Assembly: GCA_944393695.1 (NCBI GenBank)
Contig: CALYAY010000002.1
Coordinates: 112,892-176,891, forward strand
DNA length: 64,000 bases
DNA from: an uncultured Alphaproteobacteria bacterium
Lineage (GTDB): Bacteria > Pseudomonadota > Alphaproteobacteria > RF32 > CAG-239
Direction: 5' to 3'
This document shows, one piece after another, positions 34,733 to 44,481 of this stretch. The notes below the pieces were generated by a model. It was not told the origin of the DNA and made no database searches. It worked only from the letters and a program-made list of their open reading frames with translations. Position numbers and translations under genes: made by a program. How positions within the stretch are numbered: the first letter of the stretch is position 1; each line of letters opens with the position of its first letter.

Positions 34733-34811
34733 GCTTGCTTTAAAAACTAACTGATTGTATGTCACTAAGGGGTGAAGCGGATTCGCCCCTTAACTCTTAA
34801 CAGGAATCAAC

Positions 34812-35552
34812 ATGCGTTACAAACTCACCATAGAATACGACGGCACCACTCTCCTCGGCTGGCAGCGTCAGCTTGACGGCCCGAGCGTCCAGCAATACCT
34901 GGAAGAAATCCTCGACCGGCTCAACGGCTTTCATTCCGAAATCGTTTCCGCCGGACGCACCGATGCCGGTGTTCACGCCCTCGGCCAGGTAGCCCATATT
35001 GATCTTTCCCGTCAGATGGAACTCTGGAAAATCCGCGAAGCCTTCAACGGCAATCTTCTGGCACAAAATGCACCTGTTTCCGTTCTTGAGGTGGAAGCCG
35101 TTTCTGATGACTTCAACGCCCGATTCTCCGCTCGCAAACGCTGCTATCGCTATCGTCTGCTCAACCGGCGCGCTCCGTCGGCACTCAACCGCAGCCGGGT
35201 CTGGTGGGTTCCGGTTCCCCTGGACATTGAAGCCATGCGCCAGGGAGCCTCTTTTCTCATCGGACACCACGATTTCTCATCTTTCCGGGCCGCCGCCTGT
35301 CAGGCAAAATCCCCGGTCAAAACATTAGATAAAATTGACATCTTCCAAGACGGTGATGAAATCATTTTTGAAGTGGAAGCCCGTTCATTTCTTCATCACC
35401 AGGTACGCAACATTGTCGGAACACTGGAAATGGTCGGTGACGGCCGCCTGCAGCCTGAAGACATCAAAAGGATTCTCAAAGCCCGCGACCGCAAAGCTGC
35501 CGGCCCCACGGCTCCCGCCTGCGGCCTTTATCTGACCAGAGTCCTTTACTAA
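34812..35552 (+). CDS. truA: tRNA pseudouridine(38-40) synthase
   Basis: MRYKLTIEYDGTTLLGWQRQ...SAGRTDAGVHALGQVAHIDL..., the TruA catalytic Asp motif (RTDAGVHA). Confidence 0.9.
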   Translation: MRYKLTIEYDGTTLLGWQRQLDGPSVQQYLEEILDRLNGFHSEIVSAGRTDAGVHALGQVAHIDLSRQMELWKIREAFNGNLLAQNAPVSVLEVEAVSDDFNARFSARKRCYRYRLLNRRAPSALNRSRVWWVPVPLDIEAMRQGASFLIGHHDFSSFRAAACQAKSPVKTLDKIDIFQDGDEIIFEVEARSFLHHQVRNIVGTLEMVGDGRLQPEDIKRILKARDRKAAGPTAPACGLYLTRVLY

Positions 35553-36010
35553 TTATTATTTTGCTTGTTTATCAGCAAAACCCTTGTCAACATATCCTGC
35601 AAAATAATCTGCAATTCATCTTCATTCACGCTTTGTCCGGCCAAACCGCAATCCGGCGCACAATAGCGATTCCGCTTATATAAATCACCGTAAAAACCCA
35701 AAACGTTTAAGCGGACGCCTTCCACAAACTTCATAACCTCGCCCTGCCGCTCCTCATCAAAAGCCTGCCGCACCTGTTGCCTGATCTCCTCCACCAGACA
35801 ATCATTGGCATCCCATGCCGCCCGTTCCAAATCCAGACTTTTCTGAGGATTCTCGGCATAAGCATAACCACAACAGCGTTCCGTAATCTTTTTAACTTCT
35901 GCCCCGACTTGCCGACGGATCTGCCTGTCACTCAACGGCGGCTGCGCTAATGCCGATCCCGCAACCACCAGTGCCATAAAAAATATTCCGGCCTTTTGCA
36001 TTTTTTTCAT
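35549..36010 (-). CDS. Secreted hypothetical protein with 4 Cys (possibly DUF1311/LprI-like)
   Basis: Signal peptide MKKMQKAGIFFMALVVAGSALA, then a body containing CCGYAYAENP...C...CAPDC. Confidence 0.45.
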   Translation of the reverse strand: MKKMQKAGIFFMALVVAGSALAQPPLSDRQIRRQVGAEVKKITERCCGYAYAENPQKSLDLERAAWDANDCLVEEIRQQVRQAFDEERQGEVMKFVEGVRLNVLGFYGDLYKRNRYCAPDCGLAGQSVNEDELQIILQDMLTRVLLINKQNNN

Positions 36011-36160
36011 AACCCAACCTCCATTTTTTTAACGATAATAAAAACCATACACGAAAGCAAGTTCTTATCTGCCTTTGTCAATAAACAAAAAAACATTGAC
36101 AATTATACCCCGCAAGGGTATATTGATAAGCAGAAAGCAACCAAATTAAGGAGAAATCAA

Positions 36161-36343
36161 ATGCGCAACTGCAATAATCCTAAATGCAAAAACCCCGATT
36201 GTACCTGTGGCGACCACTGCACCTGTGACGAAAACCACCAGTGTTCGGAAAACTGCCATTGCCACGAAGGCTGCACCTGCGGGGATGACTGCCGCTGCAC
36301 CGAAGAAAACAAATGCTCGGATAAATGTCACTGTGACAAATAA
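36161..36343 (+). CDS. Metallothionein-like Cys/His-rich small protein (60 aa)
   Basis: An AAGGAG RBS lies 7 nt upstream of the ATG. MRNCNNPKCKNPDCTCGDHCTCDENHQCSENCHCHEGCTCGDDCRCTEENKCSDKCHCDK has 16 Cys and 4 His with repeated CxC/HCxC units. A strong bidirectional terminator follows. Confidence 0.6.
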   Translation: MRNCNNPKCKNPDCTCGDHCTCDENHQCSENCHCHEGCTCGDDCRCTEENKCSDKCHCDK

Positions 36344-36372
36344 AACCAAACACTTTCAATATCCGTTTTAAT

Positions 36373-36404
36373 CTGCTCTACTCCCCGGTAGAGCAGACTT
36401 TTAT
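36373..36404. terminator. Bidirectional intrinsic terminator between the convergent metallothionein-like gene and recX
   Basis: tctgctctac tccccg gtagagcaga followed by cttttat. Confidence 0.5.
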
Positions 36405-36923
36405 GGCCACATCATAATCAAACCCCGCCCGGGCCAGCGCGGCCAAATCCTTTTGCCGGAAAGCCTCCCGCTGTTCCTCCGGACGAAACCGGCCGATTCT
36501 CTTTTTGCGGGCAAACTGCAGGGCATTTTCCAGCGGATCAAATTCCTCATTTTCCAAAATCTCGTTGACAATATCCTCCGGCACGCCCTTTTCCGCCATC
36601 TTCTGCCGTATATATTTTTCCGACTTTCCCGCCGCCAGGTAATCCCTTATTTTCAAGCCGGCATAACGACTGTCATCCACATACTTATAACCCTGAAACT
36701 GTTCCACAATCTCATCCACCCATCCCCGGGCTTCTGCGGCATTAAAATCAGGATTATAAAACGCATATTCATTCACCCGCCGCAGCAACACCCGCCGCAA
36801 ATTCTCCGAAGAGGTTTCAAACCGCTGCAAATAATACAAGGCTATATTTTTCAATCTCTGCCGGGTGATTTTTCTGAGTTTTTTCACCCTGACGGAATTT
36901 TCTTCCCTCTCTGACACTTGCAA
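36378..36923 (-). CDS. recX: Recombination regulator RecX
   Basis: ...LKNIALYYLQRFETSSENLRRVLLRR... plus the three-repeat helical architecture of the RecX family. The track start is a TTG, so the true start is uncertain. Confidence 0.75.
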   Translation of the reverse strand: MQVSEREENSVRVKKLRKITRQRLKNIALYYLQRFETSSENLRRVLLRRVNEYAFYNPDFNAAEARGWVDEIVEQFQGYKYVDDSRYAGLKIRDYLAAGKSEKYIRQKMAEKGVPEDIVNEILENEEFDPLENALQFARKKRIGRFRPEEQREAFRQKDLAALARAGFDYDVAIKVCSTGE

Positions 36924-36980
36924 AATTTCTCCTTATCGCCTAAATATACAATAACGGATTATATCATAAGGAAACCGACA

Positions 36981-37898
36981 TTGTTGAATCAAAATTTTGA
37001 CACCTGTGCATCTTTTCATATTAATAACGGCGCCTTTTTCGGCCGCTTTGTCCGCCTGGACAAAGTTCTCTCCGATATTTTCACCCATCGCGCCTATTCG
37101 CCGACGGCCGCCGGTATTCTCGCTGAAAGCACGGCTCTGGCCGCTCTGCTCTCCGGCATCATAAAATACGACGGCCTATTCACTTTCCAAACAAAAAGTG
37201 ACGGCCCCGTAGGCATGATAGTAGTTGACGTTTCTTCCGACGGCACCATCCGCGCCTCGGCCAATTATGACGAAGACCGCATCAATGCCGCCAAAGCCCT
37301 CCGCAAAACTGAAGCCTTGGATGAAGCCACGCCCCATTTTCTGGGCAATGGTTACCTGGCTTTCACCGTTGACCAGGGCAGCGGCACGCAAATTTATCAG
37401 GGAGTTGTCGACATCCGGGGCAAAACCCTGGCCGACTGTGCCATACGCTATTTTCAACAGTCCGAACAAATCGAAACTCACCTGAAACTTTACCTGCAAA
37501 AACCCGCCGAAGGTCAAACAAACTGGAAAGCGGCAGGCATTCTTCTGCAAAAGCTGCCGGAAAAAGGCGGAAAGATTGACAACGAAACAGATATTGTCGA
37601 AGCCTGGAACGAAGCCGTCATTTTCCTTGACAGTCTGCGTTCCGATGAAGTTTTCAACCCCGAACTCTCCTCCCGGGATATTCTGCACCGTCTGTTTCAT
37701 GCCCACGACCTGCAAACCGAAATTATCCGTCATTACAAATTCGGTTGCCGTTGCAGCCGTGACAAACTTCAAAATATCTTACAGGCAATGAAACCCGAAG
37801 AAATCGATTCTCTGGCCGAAAAAGGCAAAATCGTTGCCGAATGCAGCTTTTGCGGACAAAAATACAGTTTTGAAAAAGGCGAACTGCTCAAACAATAA
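36981..37898 (+). CDS. hslO: Redox-regulated chaperone Hsp33
   Basis: ...FGRFVRLDKV...GNGYLAFTVDQGSGTQIYQGVVDIRGKTLADC... and the C-terminal zinc centre FGCRCSRDKL...CSFCGQKYSF. Start placed at the in-frame TTG at 36981, which is preceded by AAGGA. The track ORF begins at TTG 36918, which would overlap recX. Confidence 0.8.
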   Translation: MLNQNFDTCASFHINNGAFFGRFVRLDKVLSDIFTHRAYSPTAAGILAESTALAALLSGIIKYDGLFTFQTKSDGPVGMIVVDVSSDGTIRASANYDEDRINAAKALRKTEALDEATPHFLGNGYLAFTVDQGSGTQIYQGVVDIRGKTLADCAIRYFQQSEQIETHLKLYLQKPAEGQTNWKAAGILLQKLPEKGGKIDNETDIVEAWNEAVIFLDSLRSDEVFNPELSSRDILHRLFHAHDLQTEIIRHYKFGCRCSRDKLQNILQAMKPEEIDSLAEKGKIVAECSFCGQKYSFEKGELLKQ

Positions 37899-37969
37899 CC
37901 ATTTTTTAATCTATACACATTAAACTAAAACCAAAATTAAAAGTTTAATTGTTTCAGATTGGAAAATTC

Positions 37970-38581
37970 ATGTTAAAGAAACTGTTTACGTTATTTGCCT
38001 TCCTGCTTCTGCTGCCGGCCTGCGCCGGCATCAGCGATGACATGGCCGAACCGCGTCGTTACGAAGAACCCCGCTTCACCAATCAGCCGCCAATCCGCCT
38101 GAAAGTCAGCAAAATTGATATTTCTTCCGAATTCACTCCTTCGTTCAAACGGCCGAATGTTGAACATCTGTTCCCTGTATCCATCGAAAAAACCGCCCGC
38201 ATCTGGGCCCGTGATCGTCTGGAAGCGGTTGACTTCGGCTCCAAACGGACGGCTCAGTTCATCATAAAAGACGCCAGCGTCACTGAAGAACCGTTGACTT
38301 CCAACGATGTCTTCACCCAGGACCGGCTTAAATACCGTGCCCGCCTGGTTGTTACCCTGCGCATCTCCGATCAGGATTCCATGAGCAGTGCCGAAACCTC
38401 CATTGAAGCCTGGCGCGAACTCACCATCCCGGCCAACACCGATATTGATGAAAAAGAAAGATACTGGAATGGCATGGTAGATAAACTCTTTAATGAGTTT
38501 AACCGCAGCATGGAAGCCAACATTAACCAATACCTGAACATGTACGTTGTCGGCAGCAGCCACATTCAGGAATATAACTAA
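37970..38581 (+). CDS. Hypothetical lipoprotein
   Basis: MLKKLFTLFAFLLLLPACAG (lipobox LPAC) from the ATG at 37970. No family recognised. Confidence 0.5.
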   Translation: MLKKLFTLFAFLLLLPACAGISDDMAEPRRYEEPRFTNQPPIRLKVSKIDISSEFTPSFKRPNVEHLFPVSIEKTARIWARDRLEAVDFGSKRTAQFIIKDASVTEEPLTSNDVFTQDRLKYRARLVVTLRISDQDSMSSAETSIEAWRELTIPANTDIDEKERYWNGMVDKLFNEFNRSMEANINQYLNMYVVGSSHIQEYN

Positions 38582-38636
38582 AAACAAAAAGCCCGGACAA
38601 CCCGGGCTTTTTACTAAAAACTTGTTCAGAAACAAT

Positions 38637-39101
38637 CTAATTCAACGCCATCGACATCTTAAGCGACTTGGAAGAACGCCGTCCGCCCAGCATAAAAGTC
38701 GGAATCTTCACATCTTCCGTCACATTTTTTCCGTCTTTCAAAACCCGACAGCTGCCATAAAAAACCCCGCTCGGCGTATTCAGCGGCGCCACACTGGTAA
38801 ACTCATAATATTCACCCGGTTCCAAAATCGGAATTTCGCCCTTAAAGCCCAGAGAATCATCGCAAAACCGATTCCCCTTACCGTCGGTAATATTCCAATG
38901 CTTACCTACCAGCTGAATTTTTTCCGAAGAATTATTTTCAATACAGAGATAATAACCGTAAACAAACTTTCCCGCGTTATCACGATCTTTTTCATCCTCG
39001 CCCAGCTCAACCGTACAGGCAGAAATTACAATGTCATCGGTTGCGGCAGTAACGAAATCTTCTTCATTAATCATTTCATTTACCTTATTTCTCTGAAACA
39101 A
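38637..39101 (-). CDS. apaG: ApaG (DUF525) domain protein
   Basis: ...FVYGYYLCIENNSSEKIQLVGKHWNITDGKGNRFCDDSLGFKGEIPILEPGEYYEFTSVAPLNTPSGVFYGSCRV... matches the ApaG fold pattern. The start may be the internal MINEED (39074). Confidence 0.7.
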   Translation of the reverse strand: MFQRNKVNEMINEEDFVTAATDDIVISACTVELGEDEKDRDNAGKFVYGYYLCIENNSSEKIQLVGKHWNITDGKGNRFCDDSLGFKGEIPILEPGEYYEFTSVAPLNTPSGVFYGSCRVLKDGKNVTEDVKIPTFMLGGRRSSKSLKMSMALN

Positions 39102-39300
39102 CTTATGTTTAAATTATGAAAAAGCTTTACTTGATTCGCAACCGCATAACAAGTTGTTCACAATATTATCCCCATATATTTAAATTCTGAAAAAAAGGTA
39201 TTGATTTGATAAACATTTATTTCCCGTAACAATACCCGATTCTCCAAACAAAAAAGAGTCCGAAACCGCTTCGGACTCTCCTTGCATAAAAAAACACAAA

Positions 39301-39813
39301 TTACTTGGCTAAAACCTCAACCAGCTGCTTGGTTGCCTCTTCCTGGGTAATGCTGTTGCACACGGCATATTCGCTGGACAGACGGTTTAAGGCCTGCTCA
39401 TAAATCTGCCGCTCGCTGTATGATTGTTCCGCCAGATTCTCATGCCGGTACAAATCTCTGACCACTTCGGCAATAGCCACCGGATTCCCCGAATTGATTT
39501 TATTCTCATACTCTTGGGCCCGGCGCGACCACATAATCTTCTTAACCTTGGCTTTTCCTTTCAGCACATTCACGGCATCATTCATTGTCGTAGCTTCGGA
39601 TATTTTACGCAGCCCGATAGTTCCTGCTTTTGCCATCGGAATACGCAGGGTCATTTTATCTTTATCAAAATTCACCACAATCAGTTCCAGCTCCGACCCG
39701 GCAATTTTCTGCTTGGAAATATCCGCAACCTTGCCCACGCCGTGAGCCGGATAAACCACAAAATCGCCCGAAGAAAACGCTGTCCCTGAAGAACTTTTTT
39801 TATTCATAATCAC
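39301..39813 (-). CDS. cdnL: CarD/CdnL-family transcriptional regulator
   Basis: ...FSSGDFVVYPAHGVGKVADISKQKIAGSELELIVVNF..., the CarD_CdnL_TRCF N-terminal domain. Confidence 0.85.
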   Translation of the reverse strand: MIMNKKSSSGTAFSSGDFVVYPAHGVGKVADISKQKIAGSELELIVVNFDKDKMTLRIPMAKAGTIGLRKISEATTMNDAVNVLKGKAKVKKIMWSRRAQEYENKINSGNPVAIAEVVRDLYRHENLAEQSYSERQIYEQALNRLSSEYAVCNSITQEEATKQLVEVLAK

Positions 39814-40003
39814 TCCCTGTCATGTTTTTAAGATTAAGGAACCGAACAATTACAGTCCCGACGACAAGCGCTAACATACCACATTTTTAAGCACAAATCT
39901 AGTCCTAAAAGCAAAAAACTTTTGTCAATATCGATATTTTTCATCATTATGCCTTATAATTGCACCAAAAAATAAAATATTTTTAGAGAAAATTCCTCTT
40001 GTT

Positions 40004-40486
40004 TCAATACGCCGGATAATTGGTAACGGTTGGCTGCGCGGGTGATTCTATCTGCTCCACATCTCCCGCCGGATAAGACTGAATATCATAAATCCGCCCA
40101 CCGGATTCATAAAGCGTATCCTGTATTTTATCTTTCATATCCGCCGGATTCGGCTCCTCACTGACAGTCGGATTTTGCATATTTTCCTGCGAAATAACTT
40201 TCGCCGCCGGCCCTGCCTTCACGGCTGCCTCTGCCTGACCCGCCGCAACAGCATCCTCACTTGCCGCTTGATTCTCCTCTTCATTCTCCGGCAGCGGATT
40301 CCCCAAAGGATTAGGCTCGTTTTCGCCTTGTTTCACCAAAAATTCCGTCATCTGCCCATCGGCCGTTTCCGCCTCTCCGAAAACCTCCGCCTGTCCGGCT
40401 CCGGCCTCTTCCGCCCGCACAAACGCCGCCACTCCGCAGCTCCAGATAAAAACAGCACCATATATCAAAATCTGCCTGCAAAACAT
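40004..40486 (-). CDS. Secreted low-complexity acidic protein (hypothetical)
   Basis: Signal peptide followed by an Ala/Glu/Pro-rich body. No family recognised. Confidence 0.35.
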   Translation of the reverse strand: MFCRQILIYGAVFIWSCGVAAFVRAEEAGAGQAEVFGEAETADGQMTEFLVKQGENEPNPLGNPLPENEEENQAASEDAVAAGQAEAAVKAGPAAKVISQENMQNPTVSEEPNPADMKDKIQDTLYESGGRIYDIQSYPAGDVEQIESPAQPTVTNYPAY

Positions 40487-40582
40487 ATTTATCTCCTTTC
40501 ATTTAATCCTCCTCATATATAATCACTTTTCCGCACAAAAAAAGGGCTCCGCCCGGAACCCTTGTTTTTTTAATCTTATTTA

Positions 40583-41764
40583 TTACTTAATCAGATTAAC
40601 CGTATCTTTGGCAATCATCAGTTCTTCATTCGTCGGAATAACAAAAACCCTGACCTTCGAACCGGGTTTTGAAATCTCCACATTTTCACCGCGCTTGGCA
40701 TTATTTTCCTCGTCAAGCTCGATTCCCAGATATGCCAGCTTATCGCAAATCATCTTGCGCAACAGCGGTGAGTTTTCGCCGATTCCCGCCGTAAAGACAA
40801 TCGCCTCGACCCCGCCCAGAACGGCAATATAAGAACCGATAAAGCGGATAATGGAATGCACATAAACCTCCATTGCCGTCTTGGCCTTTTCATCACCGGC
40901 CAAAAGTTTCTGCTCCACATCGCGGTTATCCGAATAGCCGCACAAACCAAGCATACCGCTTTCTTTGTTCAGCAAATCGTTAACTTCGTCAACCGTCTTG
41001 CGCTGATACTTCATGATATGCAGCGGAATATAAGGGTCAATATCCCCGCAGCGTGTTCCCATAACAATTCCCGCCAGCGGCGTAAATCCCATCGACGTAT
41101 CAACGCACTTACCGTTTTCCACGGCCGAAATTGACGCCCCGTTCCCCAGATGGCAGGTGATAATCTTGCCTTTCTTGCCAATCATCCTGGCCGCAACTTC
41201 CGACACATATTTATGCGATGTCCCGTGCGCACCGTAACGACGTATCTGATGCTTTTCATACTGTTCCAGCGGCAAAGCATACAAATAAGCTTCCGGCGCC
41301 ATGGATTGATGAAAAGCCGTATCAAAAGCCGTCACCTGCGGAACATTCGGCAAAGCGTTTTTCACGGCGCGGATTCCCAACGCGGCCGCCGGATTATGCA
41401 GCGGAGCCAGAGTCGACAACTGCTCGATTTTTTCCAGCACCTCATCATCAACCAGCACCGAACGGTCAAAATAGCTTCCGCCCTGAACCACGCGGTGACC
41501 GACACCGTCCAGTTCATCCAGACTTTTCAAAACATGCCCCAGCAACAGGTTTAACACCTCGCGGATTGCTTCATTGTGCGAAGGCAACGCCACGTCTTTG
41601 ATAACCTTATCCCCGTCGCCAACCTTCATGCTCACAAAAGAGCCGTAGATTCCGATACGTTCGGCATTTCCCTTGGCAATCACTTCATAATCATCACCGT
41701 CCACATTAAACAGCTGATATTTCAGGGACGATGATCCCGAATTCAAAACCAAAATTTTTTTCAT
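40583..41764 (-). CDS. ackA: Acetate kinase
   Basis: MKKILVLNSGSSSLKYQLF... and the full acetate/propionate kinase fold motifs. Confidence 0.92.
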   Translation of the reverse strand: MKKILVLNSGSSSLKYQLFNVDGDDYEVIAKGNAERIGIYGSFVSMKVGDGDKVIKDVALPSHNEAIREVLNLLLGHVLKSLDELDGVGHRVVQGGSYFDRSVLVDDEVLEKIEQLSTLAPLHNPAAALGIRAVKNALPNVPQVTAFDTAFHQSMAPEAYLYALPLEQYEKHQIRRYGAHGTSHKYVSEVAARMIGKKGKIITCHLGNGASISAVENGKCVDTSMGFTPLAGIVMGTRCGDIDPYIPLHIMKYQRKTVDEVNDLLNKESGMLGLCGYSDNRDVEQKLLAGDEKAKTAMEVYVHSIIRFIGSYIAVLGGVEAIVFTAGIGENSPLLRKMICDKLAYLGIELDEENNAKRGENVEISKPGSKVRVFVIPTNEELMIAKDTVNLIK

Positions 41765-41776
41765 AAATCTCTCCTT

Positions 41777-42781
41777 TTATTTTTTCGCCTGCAAAGCGGT
41801 AATGGCAATAACCCCGACAATATCCTCCACCAGAGCGCCGCGGGACAAATCATTAACCGGTGCATTCAAGCCCTGCAGCATAGGTCCGTAAGCCTCACAA
41901 CCGCATAACCTCTGCAACATCTTATAACCGATATTTCCGGCTTCCAGACAAGGAAAGATTAAAACATTGGCCTGTCCGGCAACTTCGCTTCCCGGAGCCT
42001 TTTTCCGTCCCACCACGTCATTAAGCGCTGCATCCGCCTGCATTTCGCCGTCCAGTTTGATATTCAGCCCCTGATATTCCGGCTTTTGCAAATCGGCCTT
42101 GGCCATTTCCGTTGCCCGTTTAACTTTGTCAACCGATTCGCCTTTTCCCGAACCATATGTTGAATAAGACAACATCGCCACTTTCGGTTCCATCCCGAAC
42201 TTCAGGGCGCTTTCCGCCGCATCCAGGGCAATATCGGCCATTTCCCGGTCAGTCGGATTAATCATAATTGCACAATCTGAAAACAGATAAGGCTTGTCAT
42301 TTGCCACCAAAATCAGACAGGAAGAAACCGCCCGCCCCTTTTTGGCTGATTTGATAATCTGCAATGCCGGACGAACCGTATCGGCCGTTGAATGATTGGC
42401 TCCCGAAACCATACCGTCGGCATGTCCGGATTTAATCATCAGTGTTCCGAAATAATTGTAATTCAGCGCCAGCTTGGCCGCGTCTTCCTGTGTCAACCCT
42501 TTTTCCTTGCGCAATTCATACAATAACTGTGTATATTCGGACAAACGGGGAGAATTTTCCGGCTTAATCACTTCAATACCGTCCATATCCCAGCCTTTGG
42601 ACGCATAATAACTTTTAATCTCGCTTTCCTCGCCGAGGATAATGATTTTTGCCACTTTTTCCGAAGCAATGATATGCCCCGCTTCCAGAATACGCAAATC
42701 CTCCCCCTCGGGCAGCACGATTGTTTTGTTCAAAACCCGGGCCTGATCCATCAACCCTTTCAAATACTTGCTGTAAGACAT
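41777..42781 (-). CDS. pta: Phosphate acetyltransferase (short PTA_PTB form)
   Basis: 334 aa, ...NKTIVLPEGEDLRILEAG...SGANHSTADTVRPALQII... It sits directly upstream of ackA. Confidence 0.85.
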   Translation of the reverse strand: MSYSKYLKGLMDQARVLNKTIVLPEGEDLRILEAGHIIASEKVAKIIILGEESEIKSYYASKGWDMDGIEVIKPENSPRLSEYTQLLYELRKEKGLTQEDAAKLALNYNYFGTLMIKSGHADGMVSGANHSTADTVRPALQIIKSAKKGRAVSSCLILVANDKPYLFSDCAIMINPTDREMADIALDAAESALKFGMEPKVAMLSYSTYGSGKGESVDKVKRATEMAKADLQKPEYQGLNIKLDGEMQADAALNDVVGRKKAPGSEVAGQANVLIFPCLEAGNIGYKMLQRLCGCEAYGPMLQGLNAPVNDLSRGALVEDIVGVIAITALQAKK

Positions 42782-42976
42782 AAAATTTCACCCCTTATCT
42801 TGTATTACGATGATTAAGCATAAACGCCGCACCCGCCGGGCCCGGCTCATTTATACTCCCTAATAAACAATGACAAAAGCAAATTGTCCATAAAAAACTT
42901 TTGCTTTTTTATCGCAAATAGAATAACATCAAATCAACTTTTAACATACACCGGCAAATAAATGAAAGGGACGGCC

Positions 42977-43393
42977 ATGGAAAGAACCTTATCCATCATC
43001 AAACCGGATGCAACCGAACGCAACATCACCGGACTGGTAAACGCTATGATAGAAGCCGCAGGCCTGCGCATTGTCGGACAGAAACGCATCCGGCTGACCA
43101 GAGAACAGGCTGAAGAATTTTACCGCGACCACAAAGACAAAGCTTTCTTTCCGGGCATGATAGAACAAATGATTTCCGACCCCGTTGTTGTTCAGGTTCT
43201 TGAGGCCGAAAACGCCATCAGCCACTACCGGCAGATTATGGGAGCCACCAATCCCGCCGTTGCCGAAGAAGGCACCATCCGCAAAACTTATGCCCTGTCC
43301 ATTGAAAAAAACACCGTTCACGGCTCCGATTCGCCGGAAGCCGCCGCCCGGGAAATCGAATTTTTCTTTAATCATACCGAAATCGTTGGTTAA
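42977..43393 (+). CDS. ndk: Nucleoside diphosphate kinase
   Basis: [33 protein letters not shown]... ...[20 protein letters not shown] from the internal ATG. Confidence 0.92.
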   Translation: MERTLSIIKPDATERNITGLVNAMIEAAGLRIVGQKRIRLTREQAEEFYRDHKDKAFFPGMIEQMISDPVVVQVLEAENAISHYRQIMGATNPAVAEEGTIRKTYALSIEKNTVHGSDSPEAAAREIEFFFNHTEIVG

Positions 43394-43410
43394 AAGAAGG
43401 AGACCTATAT

Positions 43411-44468
43411 TGCAAAAGTTGTTTTATCTGCTGTTTGTTTGTGCCGTTTTGTTCCCGCTTTCCGCCCGGGCCCAAATTCAGGATCTGGAAAAATACACCG
43501 CCGAGGTCAGCATTGACGTCACCTCTGCCAATGCCGCCGCCGCCCGGGAAAAAGGCATGAACAATGCCTACCGCAGCGCATTTATGGCCATTGCTGCCAA
43601 AAACACCAATGAAGAAGGCCTGAACCGCCTCTCTGCCCTGACCGACCAGCAGCTGGTCAATTTCATCAAAGAAGCTGAAGTCGTTTCCGAAAAAACTTCC
43701 GACATCCGCTACATGGCCACACTGCGCATCAAAATCAACGGAGAACTGCTCAAAACCTACATGCAGGAACAAAACATTCCCGTTGTCATCCATAGTGCCG
43801 CCAATATCATTGTCATCCCGACTTTCCGAGAGTTTCCCGGAGACGAACCCATGTTGTGGGAAAGCGGCAACCTTTGGCGCAAAGCCTGGGAAAAAAATAC
43901 CAATGCCAATAGCAACAACCGCTATATTTCGATTCCCGCCGACGGTATTAATTATGCAGCCCTTGACGCAGAAAAAGCTGTCGCACTCAACGGCCTGGCC
44001 CTGGATACCGTTGCCTCCCATCTGGGAACTTCCGACATCTTCGTGCTTGATGCAGTTTACAACGGCATTGAAGGCCTGAAAATCACCGTCATGCCCTATC
44101 GGGGCAGTAATCCACAAACCATTTACGTCAGTGGAGACCGCAGTCCTGAACTTTTTGCCAAAGCCATCCCTCAGGTAACGGCTTATATCGACAGCATTGT
44201 CACGCAAAAAAACATTTCCATGAACGAAACACCAAATGAAATGACAGTCCTTTATACATACCCTTCACTTAAAGACTGGGCTGCCATTGAAAAGAAAATC
44301 AAAAACCTTAATTACGTCAACAATATAAACGTCGATGCCATCGGCAACGGAAAAATCCAGTTCAAAATCAACTATATCGGTAGTCCCGTAGATTTAAACG
44401 CCGCCCTGCGAAGCAGTTCTCTCCGGCTTGAAGCCCGTGACGGATTCTATATTCTGGAAAAAATATAA
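43411..44468 (+). CDS. Secreted hypothetical protein (about 352 aa, TTG start)
   Basis: An AGGAG RBS lies 7 nt before the TTG at 43411. LQKLFYLLFVCAVLFPLSARAQ is a signal peptide. The track ORF starts further upstream inside ndk. Confidence 0.5.
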
Positions 44469-44481
44469 GGAAACATAAACA

